Below are positions 9,257 through 19,146 of a DNA stretch of 64,000 bases, piece after piece; positions within the stretch are counted from its first letter, which is position 1; every line of letters starts with the position of its first letter. The notes under the pieces were generated by a model. It was not told the DNA's origin and made no database searches. It worked only from the letters and a program-made list of their open reading frames with translations. Location of the stretch: positions 5,526-69,525 of the forward strand of contig DASZNA010000072.1 in the NCBI GenBank assembly GCA_035551655.1, written 5' to 3'. Made by a program: the position numbers and the translations under genes. Source of the DNA: Solirubrobacteraceae bacterium (GTDB taxonomy: Bacteria; Actinomycetota; Thermoleophilia; Solirubrobacterales; Solirubrobacteraceae).

Positions 9257-12104
9257 CCGACGCGCCCGCGGCTACCGGGACCGGGACCGGGACTGGAAGC
9301 TGGTCCGGCCTCTGCGCCGGCGGAGGGAGCTTGGGTGGCGCGGAGGCCACATGCCGTGCGGCGGGCTCGCGCGAGTGATTCGCGGTCTCCTGCTCGCGAT
9401 CGAGCGCCCGCAGGAAGGCGTTGACCACCACGGGATCGAACTGCGTTCCGGACTTGCGGCGCAGCTCGGCTCGCGCCAGCTCGGGCGCGGTGCCGGGACG
9501 GTAGGAGCGGTCGGCGATCATCGCCTCGTAGGCATCGGCCACGGCCAGAACCCGCGCCTCCAACGGGATGCTCTCTCCCCGGATCCCGCGCGGGTAGCCG
9601 CGGCCGTCCGGGCGCTCGTGGTGGGCGCGGATCCAGGCCGCGATGTCGTACATCCCCGCGTGCTCCAGGATCCGGGCCCCGACCTCGGGGTGGCGGCGCA
9701 TCTCGCGCCACTCCAGCTCGCCCAGTGGCCCGCGCTTTTGGAGGATCGCGTCGGAGATCCCGAGCTTGCCCAGGTCGTGCAGCACGCCGGCGGCATGGAC
9801 CCGCTCGACGCGCTCCTCGGGCAGCCCCAGCATCATCGCGGTGATCCGGCACAGGTGGCCCACCGTCCGTGAGTGAAGAGCGGTCCGCGGGTCGCGCAGG
9901 TCAAGGGTCTCGGCCAGCAGCATCACCGCGGCCAGGCGCAGCTCGGCCGAGCCGGCCTGAGCCACGGCGGCCTCCCGCTGCACCTGCTCGAGCGCCAAGG
10001 AGGCGTGGTCGGCCACGGCCATGAGCACACTGATCTCCCCGTCGGAGGGGCGCCGGCCGAGCGCCGGCTCGTCCACCGAGACCACGCCGATCAGGCCCCC
10101 TTCGCTGCTGCGCAGGGGGAGCAGGAGCATGTCCTCCGGATGCCAGGCGTCGCTGAGCGGCGAGGGAGCGAGCGTGGGCGTCCATATCGGCCCCTCGGGT
10201 TGCCAGTCGTAGGAGCCGGCTGGAAGCCAGCTGGCGCCGCCGACGTTCTGGCCACTGTCCAGGAGCTTTTGCCATTCGGCCAGCGACAGCGACGAACCGA
10301 GCAGCGTCTGGCGAGCGTCCTCGTCACCCATGACCACCACCACCCGCAGCTCGTCGGTTCCCGGTTCGAGCAGGTTGACCACCACCACGTGGAACGAGAG
10401 CTCGGAGCGGATCGCCTCGGCCAGCGCCTGCACGACCGGGCCGAGGCCCTGCCCGGAGGCGGCCGCGCGGGAGACGGTCAGCATGCTGCGCAGGTGGCGG
10501 GGGACCGGGCCCTCGTCGACCCGCTCCGCGGCCAGGGACTCGACGCTCGGTTCGGTCGTGGTGACGATCTTCGGATCGGCGGCCATCACCCGGTTGCGCC
10601 CGCCGCGCTTGGCCTTGTAGAGAGCCGCGTCGGCTCGGGCCAGCAGCTGGCCGATCTCATCGCGTCCGCAGGCCACGCCGATCGACACGGTCAGCAAGCC
10701 GTCCTCGCCGTCGGGGTGGGAGAAGCCGGCTCGCTGCACGGCCATGCGTACCCGCTCGGCCACCAGCAGCGCCACCTCCTGGTTGACGTCGCGGAGGACC
10801 AGCAGCAGTTCCTCGCCGCCGAAGCGGTAGGCGGTGTCCACCGAGCGCAGCGCGCCGCGGGCCGTGGCGGCGATCATCCGGAGCGCCTGGTCGCCGGCCA
10901 GATGGCCGAGACGGTCGTTGTACGCCTTGAAGTGGTCGACATCGCAGAGCGCCACGGCGATCTGCTCGCCGTGCTCACGCTGGCGGGTCTCGAACATGGG
11001 CAGGTCGTCCGACAGGGCGCGGCGGTTGCCGATCCCGGTCAGCGGGTCGCGCCGGGAGTCCTCCACCAGCTGCTCGTTGACCCGGGCCAGCTGCCCCTCA
11101 CGTTCCTCGAGCGCGGCCAGTGCCTCGCGTTCGCGGTCGAGCATCGCCTTCAGCCGGCGGCCGAGCAGCGTGGAGCGGCCGATCAGGGCCATTCCGGAGA
11201 ACAGGATCCCGAGTCGCAGGGTCAGCGCACCGCCCTGGGGGATGCCTGTCACCTGGGCCTTCACCACGGCGGCGAACAGGAGCAGGAAGAGGCCGGCCGG
11301 CAGTGCCACCCCCAGTGCGGTCGGCTCCTCGAGCTTGGCCACGTTCTCGGGCTGACGGGCGGCCAGCACACCGCCGACGGCGATCGCCGAAAGACCCACC
11401 ACCCATAGCGGGTCAAGCGCCGTGGTGCCCGGGACGTAGGTGCCCTTCAGCAGGAGCTTGCCCCACATGATGAACGCCATCGACTGCACGACCATCCCGC
11501 CCAGTACGAGGCGTATGGCCAGCGTGCGGGCGCCGCGCAGGGTGCCGGCCAGCATGGCCTGGAGCATCAGCACCGTGGCCGAGACATACAGCGCCGGGTA
11601 CAGCAGAGCCGAGATCCTGGCCGCAATGTCCAGATGGGAATGCAGGGCGGTGGACCACAGCTCGGCCACGCACAGCGCCACCGCGGCGAAGATCACCGGG
11701 ATCGACTCGAAGGCGGCCACCACCTGGATGCTGCGAGGGCCCTTGGGGAGGCGCAGGAGGCTCCCGATGACCAGAAGGGCGAACAGCCACCAGCCGAAAT
11801 CGGCCACGTTGGGAGAGGCGGGGAAACCCGTGACGCCAAAGACGTTCCAGGCCATCTGTCCGAACAGCCAAGCCCCCGCGGCCAGCGCCCAGATCGTCCA
11901 CCGAGCCCGGTTGCCGGGCAGCGCGCGGGAGCGGGCGCTCAGCATGCCGAGCACCGCGGCCAGCGAGGAGAACGTCCAGGCCACGTCAAACGTGGTCCCA
12001 GGAGACACGCCGACATAGCTCGCGACCATGGCCGCTAACGCGATCAGGATGGCGCCGGCAACCGCCTTTGTAAAGCGGCCATCAACTGGCCCCCCAGGCT
12101 TCAT
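9228..12104 (-). CDS. Membrane-bound GGDEF-GAF-HD-GYP c-di-GMP signalling protein
   Basis: Multi-TM N-terminus; DPLTGIGNRR, DVDHFKAYND, RSVD...RFGGEEL; GAF-like middle; HDLGK, HHERPDGRGYP and LAVADAYEAM. Confidence 0.9.
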   Translation of the reverse strand: MKPGGPVDGRFTKAVAGAILIALAAMVASYVGVSPGTTFDVAWTFSSLAAVLGMLSARSRALPGNRARWTIWALAAGAWLFGQMAWNVFGVTGFPASPNVADFGWWLFALLVIGSLLRLPKGPRSIQVVAAFESIPVIFAAVALCVAELWSTALHSHLDIAARISALLYPALYVSATVLMLQAMLAGTLRGARTLAIRLVLGGMVVQSMAFIMWGKLLLKGTYVPGTTALDPLWVVGLSAIAVGGVLAARQPENVAKLEEPTALGVALPAGLFLLLFAAVVKAQVTGIPQGGALTLRLGILFSGMALIGRSTLLGRRLKAMLDREREALAALEEREGQLARVNEQLVEDSRRDPLTGIGNRRALSDDLPMFETRQREHGEQIAVALCDVDHFKAYNDRLGHLAGDQALRMIAATARGALRSVDTAYRFGGEELLLVLRDVNQEVALLVAERVRMAVQRAGFSHPDGEDGLLTVSIGVACGRDEIGQLLARADAALYKAKRGGRNRVMAADPKIVTTTEPSVESLAAERVDEGPVPRHLRSMLTVSRAAASGQGLGPVVQALAEAIRSELSFHVVVVNLLEPGTDELRVVVVMGDEDARQTLLGSSLSLAEWQKLLDSGQNVGGASWLPAGSYDWQPEGPIWTPTLAPSPLSDAWHPEDMLLLPLRSSEGGLIGVVSVDEPALGRRPSDGEISVLMAVADHASLALEQVQREAAVAQAGSAELRLAAVMLLAETLDLRDPRTALHSRTVGHLCRITAMMLGLPEERVERVHAAGVLHDLGKLGISDAILQKRGPLGELEWREMRRHPEVGARILEHAGMYDIAAWIRAHHERPDGRGYPRGIRGESIPLEARVLAVADAYEAMIADRSYRPGTAPELARAELRRKSGTQFDPVVVNAFLRALDREQETANHSREPAARHVASAPPKLPPPAQRPDQLPVPVPVPVAAGASVMPASAAAR

Positions 12105-12111
12105 ATACGCC

Positions 12112-12139
12112 TTATCGGCCGTTCTGCCGGAAGGATGAG
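12112..12139 (-). promoter_or_regulatory. Sigma-28 (FliA/WhiG)-like promoter
   Basis: Minus strand reads TCAT-N15-GCCGATAA, 7 nt before the ATG at 12104 (consensus TAAA-N15-GCCGATAA). Confidence 0.55.
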
Positions 12140-12205
12140 TTTTGGGGGTGGTTCCGAACGTCTGGCCGAGTGCCCCCCGGCGGAGACTCCCCCGGCGCCT
12201 CGCCG

Positions 12206-13735
12206 CTACTCGCCGCTCTGCGCGACCTTGGCCCGGTGAGCCCCGGAATTCCCGGCCGAACCGGCGGCGAAGGTTGCCTTGCCTACTCCCTTGGCCAGGC
12301 CGCCGGCGCTGGCGCCGCCGGCCTGGGTGGCTGACCCGATGCCGACCGCGCCGGAGGAGCCCGTGGCGCGGTGGGTGGCGCTCTTTGAGCCGGGCGCGGT
12401 GGACCTGGTGCGGTGGACCTTCGTCCCCTTGGTATGAGTGCGCTTTGACCTGACCGGCGAGCCGTGAGCTGAATTTCTCTGGGCCCCGAGGTGCTCTCCG
12501 TGCGTGGCGGTCGAGGACCCCGACGCCGATTTGCCGGCGCCCGGATGGCCGCGCGTATGACCGGAGCCGTTTGATGCCTCATTCGAGTGACCAGGCGTGG
12601 CGCTTGACGACTTTCCGTGGCTCGACCCGGCTGTATGGGCATGGTGAGCCCCGGCCACGCTCCCAACCTCGGTTGCCGCCAGCAGGCGGGCGGAGCCGCC
12701 GGAGGCATGACGATTTATCGGGCCGCCGGCCGCCGAGGCAGGTCCGGCGGTCCGGGCGATCGCGGCGGCGGGGTGCGGGGCCAAACCGGGGGTGATGGCT
12801 CGGAGAACGCCACCCGTTCCCACGGCTGCGGTGGCCACGATCAGTGCCCCGGTGGTCAATAGCTTGCCGGAGGCAGCTGTCGCCACGGCCTTGCCCGTGG
12901 CGCCGCTGATAAGTCCGGCACCGCCACCGCTTCCCTGTCCCGAGCCGGCGCCCGTTATCCGCCATAGGAGCCCGGCCGCGGCACTGGCCGGCAGGGCCGG
13001 GGTCAGGGCGCGCAGGTCGGCTTGGCGCTGGGGAATGGCCGCGGCGAACGCTGCGCATCCACTGCAGTCGCGCAGGTGGGCGCGCACCCGGCGGCCGCGG
13101 AGCGAGCGGCCGTCGCCGTCAGAGATCAGCCGGCGGATCTGCTCACACGCCATCGAACGCCCCTGGTCGAACTCCTGCAGCGAGCGTCGTGCCTCGAAGA
13201 CGGTCTGCTTGGTCGCTCCGACGCTCATCCCGAGCGCCTCGGCCACCTCCTGGTGGCTGAGGCCGCTGAGCTCCCGCATGACCAGAGCGCCGCGCTGGCG
13301 TTCGGGGAGCTCGCGCAGATCCGACAGCAGCAGGGAGATCCGGGACCGCTCCTCCGCGGCGCGCTCGGGCGAGCTCTCCAGCGCCGGCAGGTCGTCGGAC
13401 AGTTCGCTCGTGGGGCGGCGTCGGCGGAGCTGCGTCATCGACTCGTTGTAGGCGATCCGGAACAGCCAGGGCCGGATCGGGGCGTCCCGGCGGTCCACTC
13501 GGAGGGCGACCAAGGCGCCGGTCATCGCGGACTGCAGAGCATCCTGCGCATCGACGTCGGTTCCCACCAGGGAGCGGCAGTACCGGTAAAGCGCTTGGTG
13601 GTGACGCTGATAGAGGATGCTGAACGCCTCCTCGTGGCCGGAGCCCACGAGCCGGGCCAGGCGCTCGTCGCCCAGGAGCCGCAGTGGCAGCGGCAGGGCG
13701 CGAGCGGCTATTCCAGTGGTTAGTTCGGCGTCCAT
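12206..13735 (-). CDS. ECF sigma-70 factor with fused zinc-binding anti-sigma (ZAS) motif, TM helix and low-complexity tail
   Basis: Region 2 (DAQDALQ, WLFRIAYN), region 4 (LPERQR..LSHQEVAEALG), AHLRDCSGC (HxxxCxxC), a hydrophobic segment, then a G/S/A/H/K-rich tail. Confidence 0.85.
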   Translation of the reverse strand: MDAELTTGIAARALPLPLRLLGDERLARLVGSGHEEAFSILYQRHHQALYRYCRSLVGTDVDAQDALQSAMTGALVALRVDRRDAPIRPWLFRIAYNESMTQLRRRRPTSELSDDLPALESSPERAAEERSRISLLLSDLRELPERQRGALVMRELSGLSHQEVAEALGMSVGATKQTVFEARRSLQEFDQGRSMACEQIRRLISDGDGRSLRGRRVRAHLRDCSGCAAFAAAIPQRQADLRALTPALPASAAAGLLWRITGAGSGQGSGGGAGLISGATGKAVATAASGKLLTTGALIVATAAVGTGGVLRAITPGLAPHPAAAIARTAGPASAAGGPINRHASGGSARLLAATEVGSVAGAHHAHTAGSSHGKSSSATPGHSNEASNGSGHTRGHPGAGKSASGSSTATHGEHLGAQRNSAHGSPVRSKRTHTKGTKVHRTRSTAPGSKSATHRATGSSGAVGIGSATQAGGASAGGLAKGVGKATFAAGSAGNSGAHRAKVAQSGE

Positions 13736-13853
13736 CCCTCACACATCGACCACGCGCGGCCGGAACAGAAGTCAGGCCATAAATCTTCTGGCCGATCCGG
13801 CGTCTGAGGCGTACGTTCCCTCCTGAGCACCATCATCCCGGGAGAAGCCCAGT

Positions 13854-14234
13854 ATGTCGAACACAAATGTGCAGCTTGCCTGGCAGGGGTACGCCGCCAT
13901 CGCCAGCGGCGACCTCGACGCGGTGGCCGAACTGCTGGCGCCGGACGTGAAGTGGCACGGCGGTGATCCCGATGCTAAAGGCGCCTGTCGCAACCGCGAC
14001 CAGGCGCTCGCGTTCATGCGCGACCGCGCTCAGGCTCGGATGGGCGAGCTGATCGATGTAATCGACGCGGGAGACAGCGTCGTCGTGGTGATGCAGCCTC
14101 CCCAGCAGGGAGACGAGGTGCCCCCTCGGCGGGCCAACGTGACCAGCTTCCGGAACGGGCAGGTGGTGGAGATGATCGCCTTCGAGTCGCCTGAAGCGGC
14201 GCTCGCCCACGTGCGCGATCGCCCCACCGCCTAG
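13854..14234 (+). CDS. SnoaL/NTF2-like protein
   Basis: GDLDAVAELLAPDVKW and FRNGQVVEM. Confidence 0.85.
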   Translation: MSNTNVQLAWQGYAAIASGDLDAVAELLAPDVKWHGGDPDAKGACRNRDQALAFMRDRAQARMGELIDVIDAGDSVVVVMQPPQQGDEVPPRRANVTSFRNGQVVEMIAFESPEAALAHVRDRPTA

Positions 14235-14399
14235 CGGACAGGTCGCTCCGGCCGGCAGCGCCTGATTTAGCCGGAAGCGGCCTGGCCTTTAACCAGGCCT
14301 CATCCAAACCGGGCAAATTTGACGCGCACGGCTGGTTGGGGTGCGGGCCTGGCCGGCCAGCCGGATTGGCCCTGAACCAGCCTCCGGACCAAGGAAGAC

Positions 14400-15251
14400 A
14401 TGCCTCGACGAGACCTGCCTACACGCGCGCGGATCACGCCGGCCCTGGCCAAGGTGCCGGAGATCACCGCACTCTTCTGGCTGCTGAAGCTCCTCACCAC
14501 CGGGATGGGTGAGGCAATGTCCGACTTCCTGGGCCAGCAGAGCGTGCCGCTGGCCGCCGTGGTTGGCCTGAGCGGCCTGATTCTGGCTTTGCGCCTGCAA
14601 CTGGGCCGCCCGGACTACAGCGCGGCCCACTACTGGTTCGCGGTGATGATGGTGGCCGTGTTCGGGACGATGGTGGCCGACGGCATCCGGGACGGCGCCG
14701 GGATCGGCTACGAGGTGACCACGCCGTTGTTCGCGCTGATCACCGGGGTGGTCTTCTGGGCCTGGTACCGGCGGGAGGGGACGCTGTCCATCCACAGCAT
14801 CAACACTCGCCGCCGGGAGCGCTTCTACTGGGCGGCCGTGCTGTCGACCTTCGCGCTCGGCACGGCGGCTGGCGATCTGACCGCCATGTCCCTGCATCTG
14901 GGCTACTGGGTGTCGGTGGTGCTGTTTGCCGCCGTTATCGCCATCCCCGCCGTCATGTGGTGGCGCGGGAAGATGCATCCGATCCTCGCCTTCTGGTTTG
15001 CCTATGTGGTCACGCGACCGCTCGGCGCCTCGTTCGCCGACGGCTTCAGTAAGCCCACGCTCGGCGGGCTCAAGATCGGGGACGGGCCGGTCAGCCTGGT
15101 GGCCCTGGTGATCTTCATCTCTCTGGTGGCCTATGTGGTGAGGAGCCGGCGGGACGTCCAGACCGAGGCCGAGCAGGTGCCGGCCGGGGCCACCGAGGAG
15201 CGCGAGGCGCTGGCGTTCGGCTTGACTCCGGCCGCGGATTTCGAGTCCTGA
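14400..15251 (+). CDS. COG4705 (DUF347 repeat) membrane protein
   Basis: KVPEITALFWLLKLLTTGMGE, FALGTAAGD and TRPLGASFAD. Confidence 0.9.
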   Translation: MPRRDLPTRARITPALAKVPEITALFWLLKLLTTGMGEAMSDFLGQQSVPLAAVVGLSGLILALRLQLGRPDYSAAHYWFAVMMVAVFGTMVADGIRDGAGIGYEVTTPLFALITGVVFWAWYRREGTLSIHSINTRRRERFYWAAVLSTFALGTAAGDLTAMSLHLGYWVSVVLFAAVIAIPAVMWWRGKMHPILAFWFAYVVTRPLGASFADGFSKPTLGGLKIGDGPVSLVALVIFISLVAYVVRSRRDVQTEAEQVPAGATEEREALAFGLTPAADFES

Positions 15252-15372
15252 GCCCCGAGCTGGGGCTCGGCGCCCCAGCCTTAGCTTCGTCCTACGCCGA
15301 TCAGACGTTCATCTAACCGCCCTGGGCGAACCTACTCCCTGCACGCGGAATCTGACTTAGGGAGAACGTCCA

Positions 15373-15543
15373 ATGGTCGCCATCATCGCTCTGAACGCCT
15401 TATTCGCCATCATCGTCGTCGGGGGCGTGGTTGGCCTCCTGGCCCGCTCGATCTGGACCTCGCGCCTCGACGCCCCGGCTCAGCCAGGGCGCTCACGCGC
15501 TCAGACCAAGACGGCCCGCCGTCTGGCCGCCGTCACCGGCTGA
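15373..15543 (+). CDS. Small single-TM protein (56 aa), missing from the ORF track
   Basis: GGGAG SD then ATG; MVAIIALNALFAIIVVGGVVGLLARSIWTSRLDAPAQPGRSRAQTKTARRLAAVTG*; high GC3. Confidence 0.7.
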   Translation: MVAIIALNALFAIIVVGGVVGLLARSIWTSRLDAPAQPGRSRAQTKTARRLAAVTG

Positions 15544-15651
15544 CGAGCTCGACGACCCCGGGATCCGCTGCCGCGGCCACCACTGGCCGCGGCGGAGGAC
15601 CCCCCGGCGACAGGCCAGACTTCACGGCCAACGCCGGTGGTGCGATAACTC

Positions 15652-17082
15652 ATGCCGACCATGAGCTCACCCGCCGGCAACCCCGAACCCCTCGCGCAGG
15701 CCCGCCCGGACAGTGCCGGCGGCTACCCATCCTTCTGGCTCGATCGGGAGCCACCCGGCCCATCGCGCCCAGCCCTGTCCGGCCGCGAGGAGGCCGACGT
15801 GTGCATCGTGGGCGGTGGCTTCACCGGGCTGTGGGCCGCTTATGAGCTCAAGCGGGCGGCCCCCGAGCTAAGGGTGACGGTGCTCGAGGCCCGCCACGTG
15901 GGCTTCGGCGCGTCGGGTCGCAACGGAGGCTGGGCGGTGGGGATCATTTCCGGATCGCCGGCCGCCTGGCGGCGCCGGGGTGGCACCCAGGCGCCGCGGC
16001 GCATGCTCGAGGCGATCCAGGCCACCGTAGCCGAGATCGGCCAAGCCGTGGAGCGAGAGGCCATCGACTGTGACTGGCACCACGGTGGGTCGCTCGCGGT
16101 GGCTCAAAACGCGACCCAGCGCGCGCGGCTCGAGGCCGGCGTGAGTGAACAGAGATCGTGGGCCGGGGAGGCATGTGCGCTTCAGCTCCTGAGCGCGGAT
16201 GAGCTTCAGGCCCGCATCAACGTGGCCGGCGCGAGCGCCGGGATGTTCAACCCGCACTGCGCCCGCATTCAGCCGGCCAAGCTGGTCCGTGGCCTGGCCG
16301 CGGCGGCCGAGCGCGCCGGGGTGGTGGTCCACGAGTCGAGCCCCGTGGTCGACGTGGTCCCGCGGCTGGTGCGGACGGCCGCCGGGCATGTGAGCGCGCG
16401 CCAGGTGATCGTGGCCTGCGAGGGATACACCGCCAACCTGCCTCGGCGCCATCGCTGGCTGCTTCCGCTCAACAGCTCGATGATCGTGACCGAGCCGCTG
16501 TCACCCGAGATCTGGCAGCACCTGGGTTGGGAGGGCGCGGAGACGCTTCTGGATGGCTCCCACGCCTACACGTATTCTCAGCGGACCGCGGATGGGCGGA
16601 TCGCCATCGGCGGGCGCGGAGTGCCGTACCGGTTCGGCTCCAAGACCGACCGGGAGGGCCCGGTACCCAGCGAGACGGTGGAGGAACTGCGCCACCGTTT
16701 GGCCGCGATGTTCCCCGTCCTGGGCGACGTGGGGGTGACCCGGGCCTGGCACGGTGTGCTCGGCGTGTCCCGAGACTGGTGCCCGTGGGTCAGCTACGAC
16801 CCAGCCAGCGGCCTGGGCTTCGCCGGCGGATACGCCGGTGACGGCGTGGCGGCCAGCAACCTGGCCGGGCGCACTCTGCGTGATCTGTTGCTGGAGCGAG
16901 ACACCCCGCTCTCCACGCTTCCATGGGTCAACACCCCCCCGCGAGCCTGGGAGCCGGAACCCTTCCGGTACGCCGGGGCGCGCGGCATTTACGCTCTGTA
17001 CCGCAAGGCCGACCGTCAGGAGGAGCTCAGCGACCGGCCCGCCCGGCTGGCAGCCGTGGCGGATCTGATCGCCGGCCGCTGA
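15652..17082 (+). CDS. FAD-dependent oxidoreductase (DAO/PuuB-like)
   Basis: IVGGGFTGLW, GFGASGRNGG, IQPAKLVRGLA and GGYAGDGV. Confidence 0.9.
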   Translation: MPTMSSPAGNPEPLAQARPDSAGGYPSFWLDREPPGPSRPALSGREEADVCIVGGGFTGLWAAYELKRAAPELRVTVLEARHVGFGASGRNGGWAVGIISGSPAAWRRRGGTQAPRRMLEAIQATVAEIGQAVEREAIDCDWHHGGSLAVAQNATQRARLEAGVSEQRSWAGEACALQLLSADELQARINVAGASAGMFNPHCARIQPAKLVRGLAAAAERAGVVVHESSPVVDVVPRLVRTAAGHVSARQVIVACEGYTANLPRRHRWLLPLNSSMIVTEPLSPEIWQHLGWEGAETLLDGSHAYTYSQRTADGRIAIGGRGVPYRFGSKTDREGPVPSETVEELRHRLAAMFPVLGDVGVTRAWHGVLGVSRDWCPWVSYDPASGLGFAGGYAGDGVAASNLAGRTLRDLLLERDTPLSTLPWVNTPPRAWEPEPFRYAGARGIYALYRKADRQEELSDRPARLAAVADLIAGR

Positions 17083-17142
17083 GCCGACTCCGGTGCCCGG
17101 CCGGAGCTCCGACCGAGGCGCCCCCATGACCCCACTCCTTTC

Positions 17143-19053
17143 GTGACCAGCATCGCCGCCCGCATCGCGCCAGGCGGACGCACCGCCTGGGCGCGCAGCA
17201 TGGCCACGCCGGTGCGGGACTTCCTGGCCACCGAGACCGGTGGGGCGGCGGTCGCGCTGACCGCCACCGTGGCGGCGCTGGTGTGGGCGAACTCCCCGGT
17301 GTCTCACTCCTACGAGTCAGTGTGGGCCACTCGGCTGAGCATCCGGATCGGCGGGACGGGATTGAGCGCCGACCTGCGTCACTGGGTCAACCAGGGCCTG
17401 ATGACCCTGTTCTTCCTGGTCGTCGGCCTCGAGGCCAAGCGCCAGCTCGACCTGGGTGAGCTGCGCGAGCGTCGCCGGCTGGCCATCCCTGTGGTGGCTG
17501 CCCTGTTCGGGATCGCCGTGCCGATCAGCATCTATCTGGCCTTCAACGCCGGCGGCCGGGGTAGCGCCGGATGGGGGGCGGCCATGTCCACCGACACGGC
17601 CTTCGCGCTGGCCGGACTGGCGCTGGTGGCGCCGCGATCGGCCACGCGCATGCGGGTCTTTCTGCTCTCCCTGGCCGTGGTCGACGACCTGGCCGGCCTG
17701 ATCGTCATTGCCGCCGCCTACACGAACCACGTATCGGTGCCGGCTCTGGCCGCGGCGATCGGTCTGTTCGGAGTGCTGCTCGCCCTGCGCTGGGCCAGCT
17801 TCGGGCGTCGCGCGCTGTCCATCGGGGTGGCTCTGGCCGTGTGGGTGGCCATGTTTCGCTCGGGCATTGATCCGATCATCTCCGGGCTGGCCATCGGGCT
17901 GGCCACGAGCGCCTACCCGCCCACTCGCGAGGAGCTGGAGCGGGCGATCGAGTTGACCCGCTCCTTCCGGGAGCAACCGACCCCGGCGCTCGCCCGGTCA
18001 GCTCAGCAGGGGGTGGTGTCGGCCATCTCGGCCAATGAGCGCCTGCAGTACGAGCTGCACCCGTGGACGAGCTACGTGATCGTGCCGCTGTTCGCGCTGG
18101 CCAACGCGGGCGTTCACGTCAGCGGCTCCCTGTTGAGCCGCGCCGTCAGTTCCCCGATCACCCTGGGCATCGTGGTGGCCTATCTGGTCGGCAAGCCGCT
18201 CGGTGTGGCGGGAGGATCCTGGCTGGCCTCGCGTCCCGCCCTGCGCGGTCCGCGCTCGCCGATCAGCTCTCCGCTGCTCGTGGCGGGGGGAACCTGCGCC
18301 GGGGTCGGGTTCACCGTGTCGTTGCTGATTTCCAGCCTGGCTTTTCGGGGCCAGGCTTTGGCGGAGGCCAAGCTCGGGGCGCTGGCCACGGTGATCCTGG
18401 CCCCCTCCCTCACCTGGGTCGTGCTGCGCCTCGTCCGCCGCCTGCCCCGGGAGGTCCGGGCCCGGCAGATCGCCGGCACGGCGGAGGACATCCTGGACCT
18501 CTCCGAGGATGTCGATCCGGACGTCGACCACATCCGGGGACCTGAGGATGCTCCGGTGACCCTGGTCGAGTACGGGGACTTCGAGTGCCCCTACTGCGGC
18601 CAGGCGGAGCAGAGCATTCGTCAGCTGCTCACGTCCCACGGAGACGACGTCCGGTACGTGTGGCGCCACCTCCCGCTCAACGATGTGCACGCGAGCGCGC
18701 AGATCGGCGCCGAGGCATCGGAGGCGGCAGCCGCCCAGGGCAAGTTCTGGGAGATGTACGACCTCCTGCTGGCTCACCAGGGCCAGGTGGAGCTCGATGA
18801 GCTGGGCCGCTACGGAGAGCAGATCGGACTCGACGTCCCGCGGGTCATGGACGAGCTGCGCCGCCGCGACCACGCGGGCCGGGTCACCCGCGACGTTTCC
18901 AGCGCAGACGAGAGCGGCGTGTCCGGAACACCCACGTTCTTCATCAACGGCCGCCGCCACTACGGCGTCTATGACCTGGACACGCTGACCGGTGCGGTTG
19001 AGGCGGCCAAGCGGCGGGCGCAGCTGACCGCTCGGGCGCTCGCACCGAGCTGA
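17143..19053 (+). CDS. nhaA: NhaA Na+/H+ antiporter fused to a C-terminal DsbA/thioredoxin domain
   Basis: FFLVVGLEAKR, MSTDTAFA, LAVVDDL and PLFALANAG; C-terminal YGDFECPYC and SGTPTFFING. Confidence 0.9.
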   Translation: MTSIAARIAPGGRTAWARSMATPVRDFLATETGGAAVALTATVAALVWANSPVSHSYESVWATRLSIRIGGTGLSADLRHWVNQGLMTLFFLVVGLEAKRQLDLGELRERRRLAIPVVAALFGIAVPISIYLAFNAGGRGSAGWGAAMSTDTAFALAGLALVAPRSATRMRVFLLSLAVVDDLAGLIVIAAAYTNHVSVPALAAAIGLFGVLLALRWASFGRRALSIGVALAVWVAMFRSGIDPIISGLAIGLATSAYPPTREELERAIELTRSFREQPTPALARSAQQGVVSAISANERLQYELHPWTSYVIVPLFALANAGVHVSGSLLSRAVSSPITLGIVVAYLVGKPLGVAGGSWLASRPALRGPRSPISSPLLVAGGTCAGVGFTVSLLISSLAFRGQALAEAKLGALATVILAPSLTWVVLRLVRRLPREVRARQIAGTAEDILDLSEDVDPDVDHIRGPEDAPVTLVEYGDFECPYCGQAEQSIRQLLTSHGDDVRYVWRHLPLNDVHASAQIGAEASEAAAAQGKFWEMYDLLLAHQGQVELDELGRYGEQIGLDVPRVMDELRRRDHAGRVTRDVSSADESGVSGTPTFFINGRRHYGVYDLDTLTGAVEAAKRRAQLTARALAPS

Positions 19054-19079
19054 GGCGCGCGGCGCCCGGCATTTGCGAA

Positions 19080-19146
19080 ATCTGCCCGGCGCCGGTCAGG
19101 CGCCGGGCAGATCGCACGGCGGGTTCCCCCTTTTTAAAAAACCCGC
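19080..19146 (+). terminator. Hairpins after nhaA, probable terminator
   Basis: Perfect 14-bp stem ATCTGCCCGGCGCC/GGCGCCGGGCAGAT, followed by GCGGGTT...TTTTTAAAAAACCCGC. Confidence 0.55.

Noticed and set aside
9276-9296. CCGGGA hexamer tandem repeat
   Set aside because: Short low-complexity tract encoding PVPVPV in the GGDEF protein tail; no evidence of phase variation
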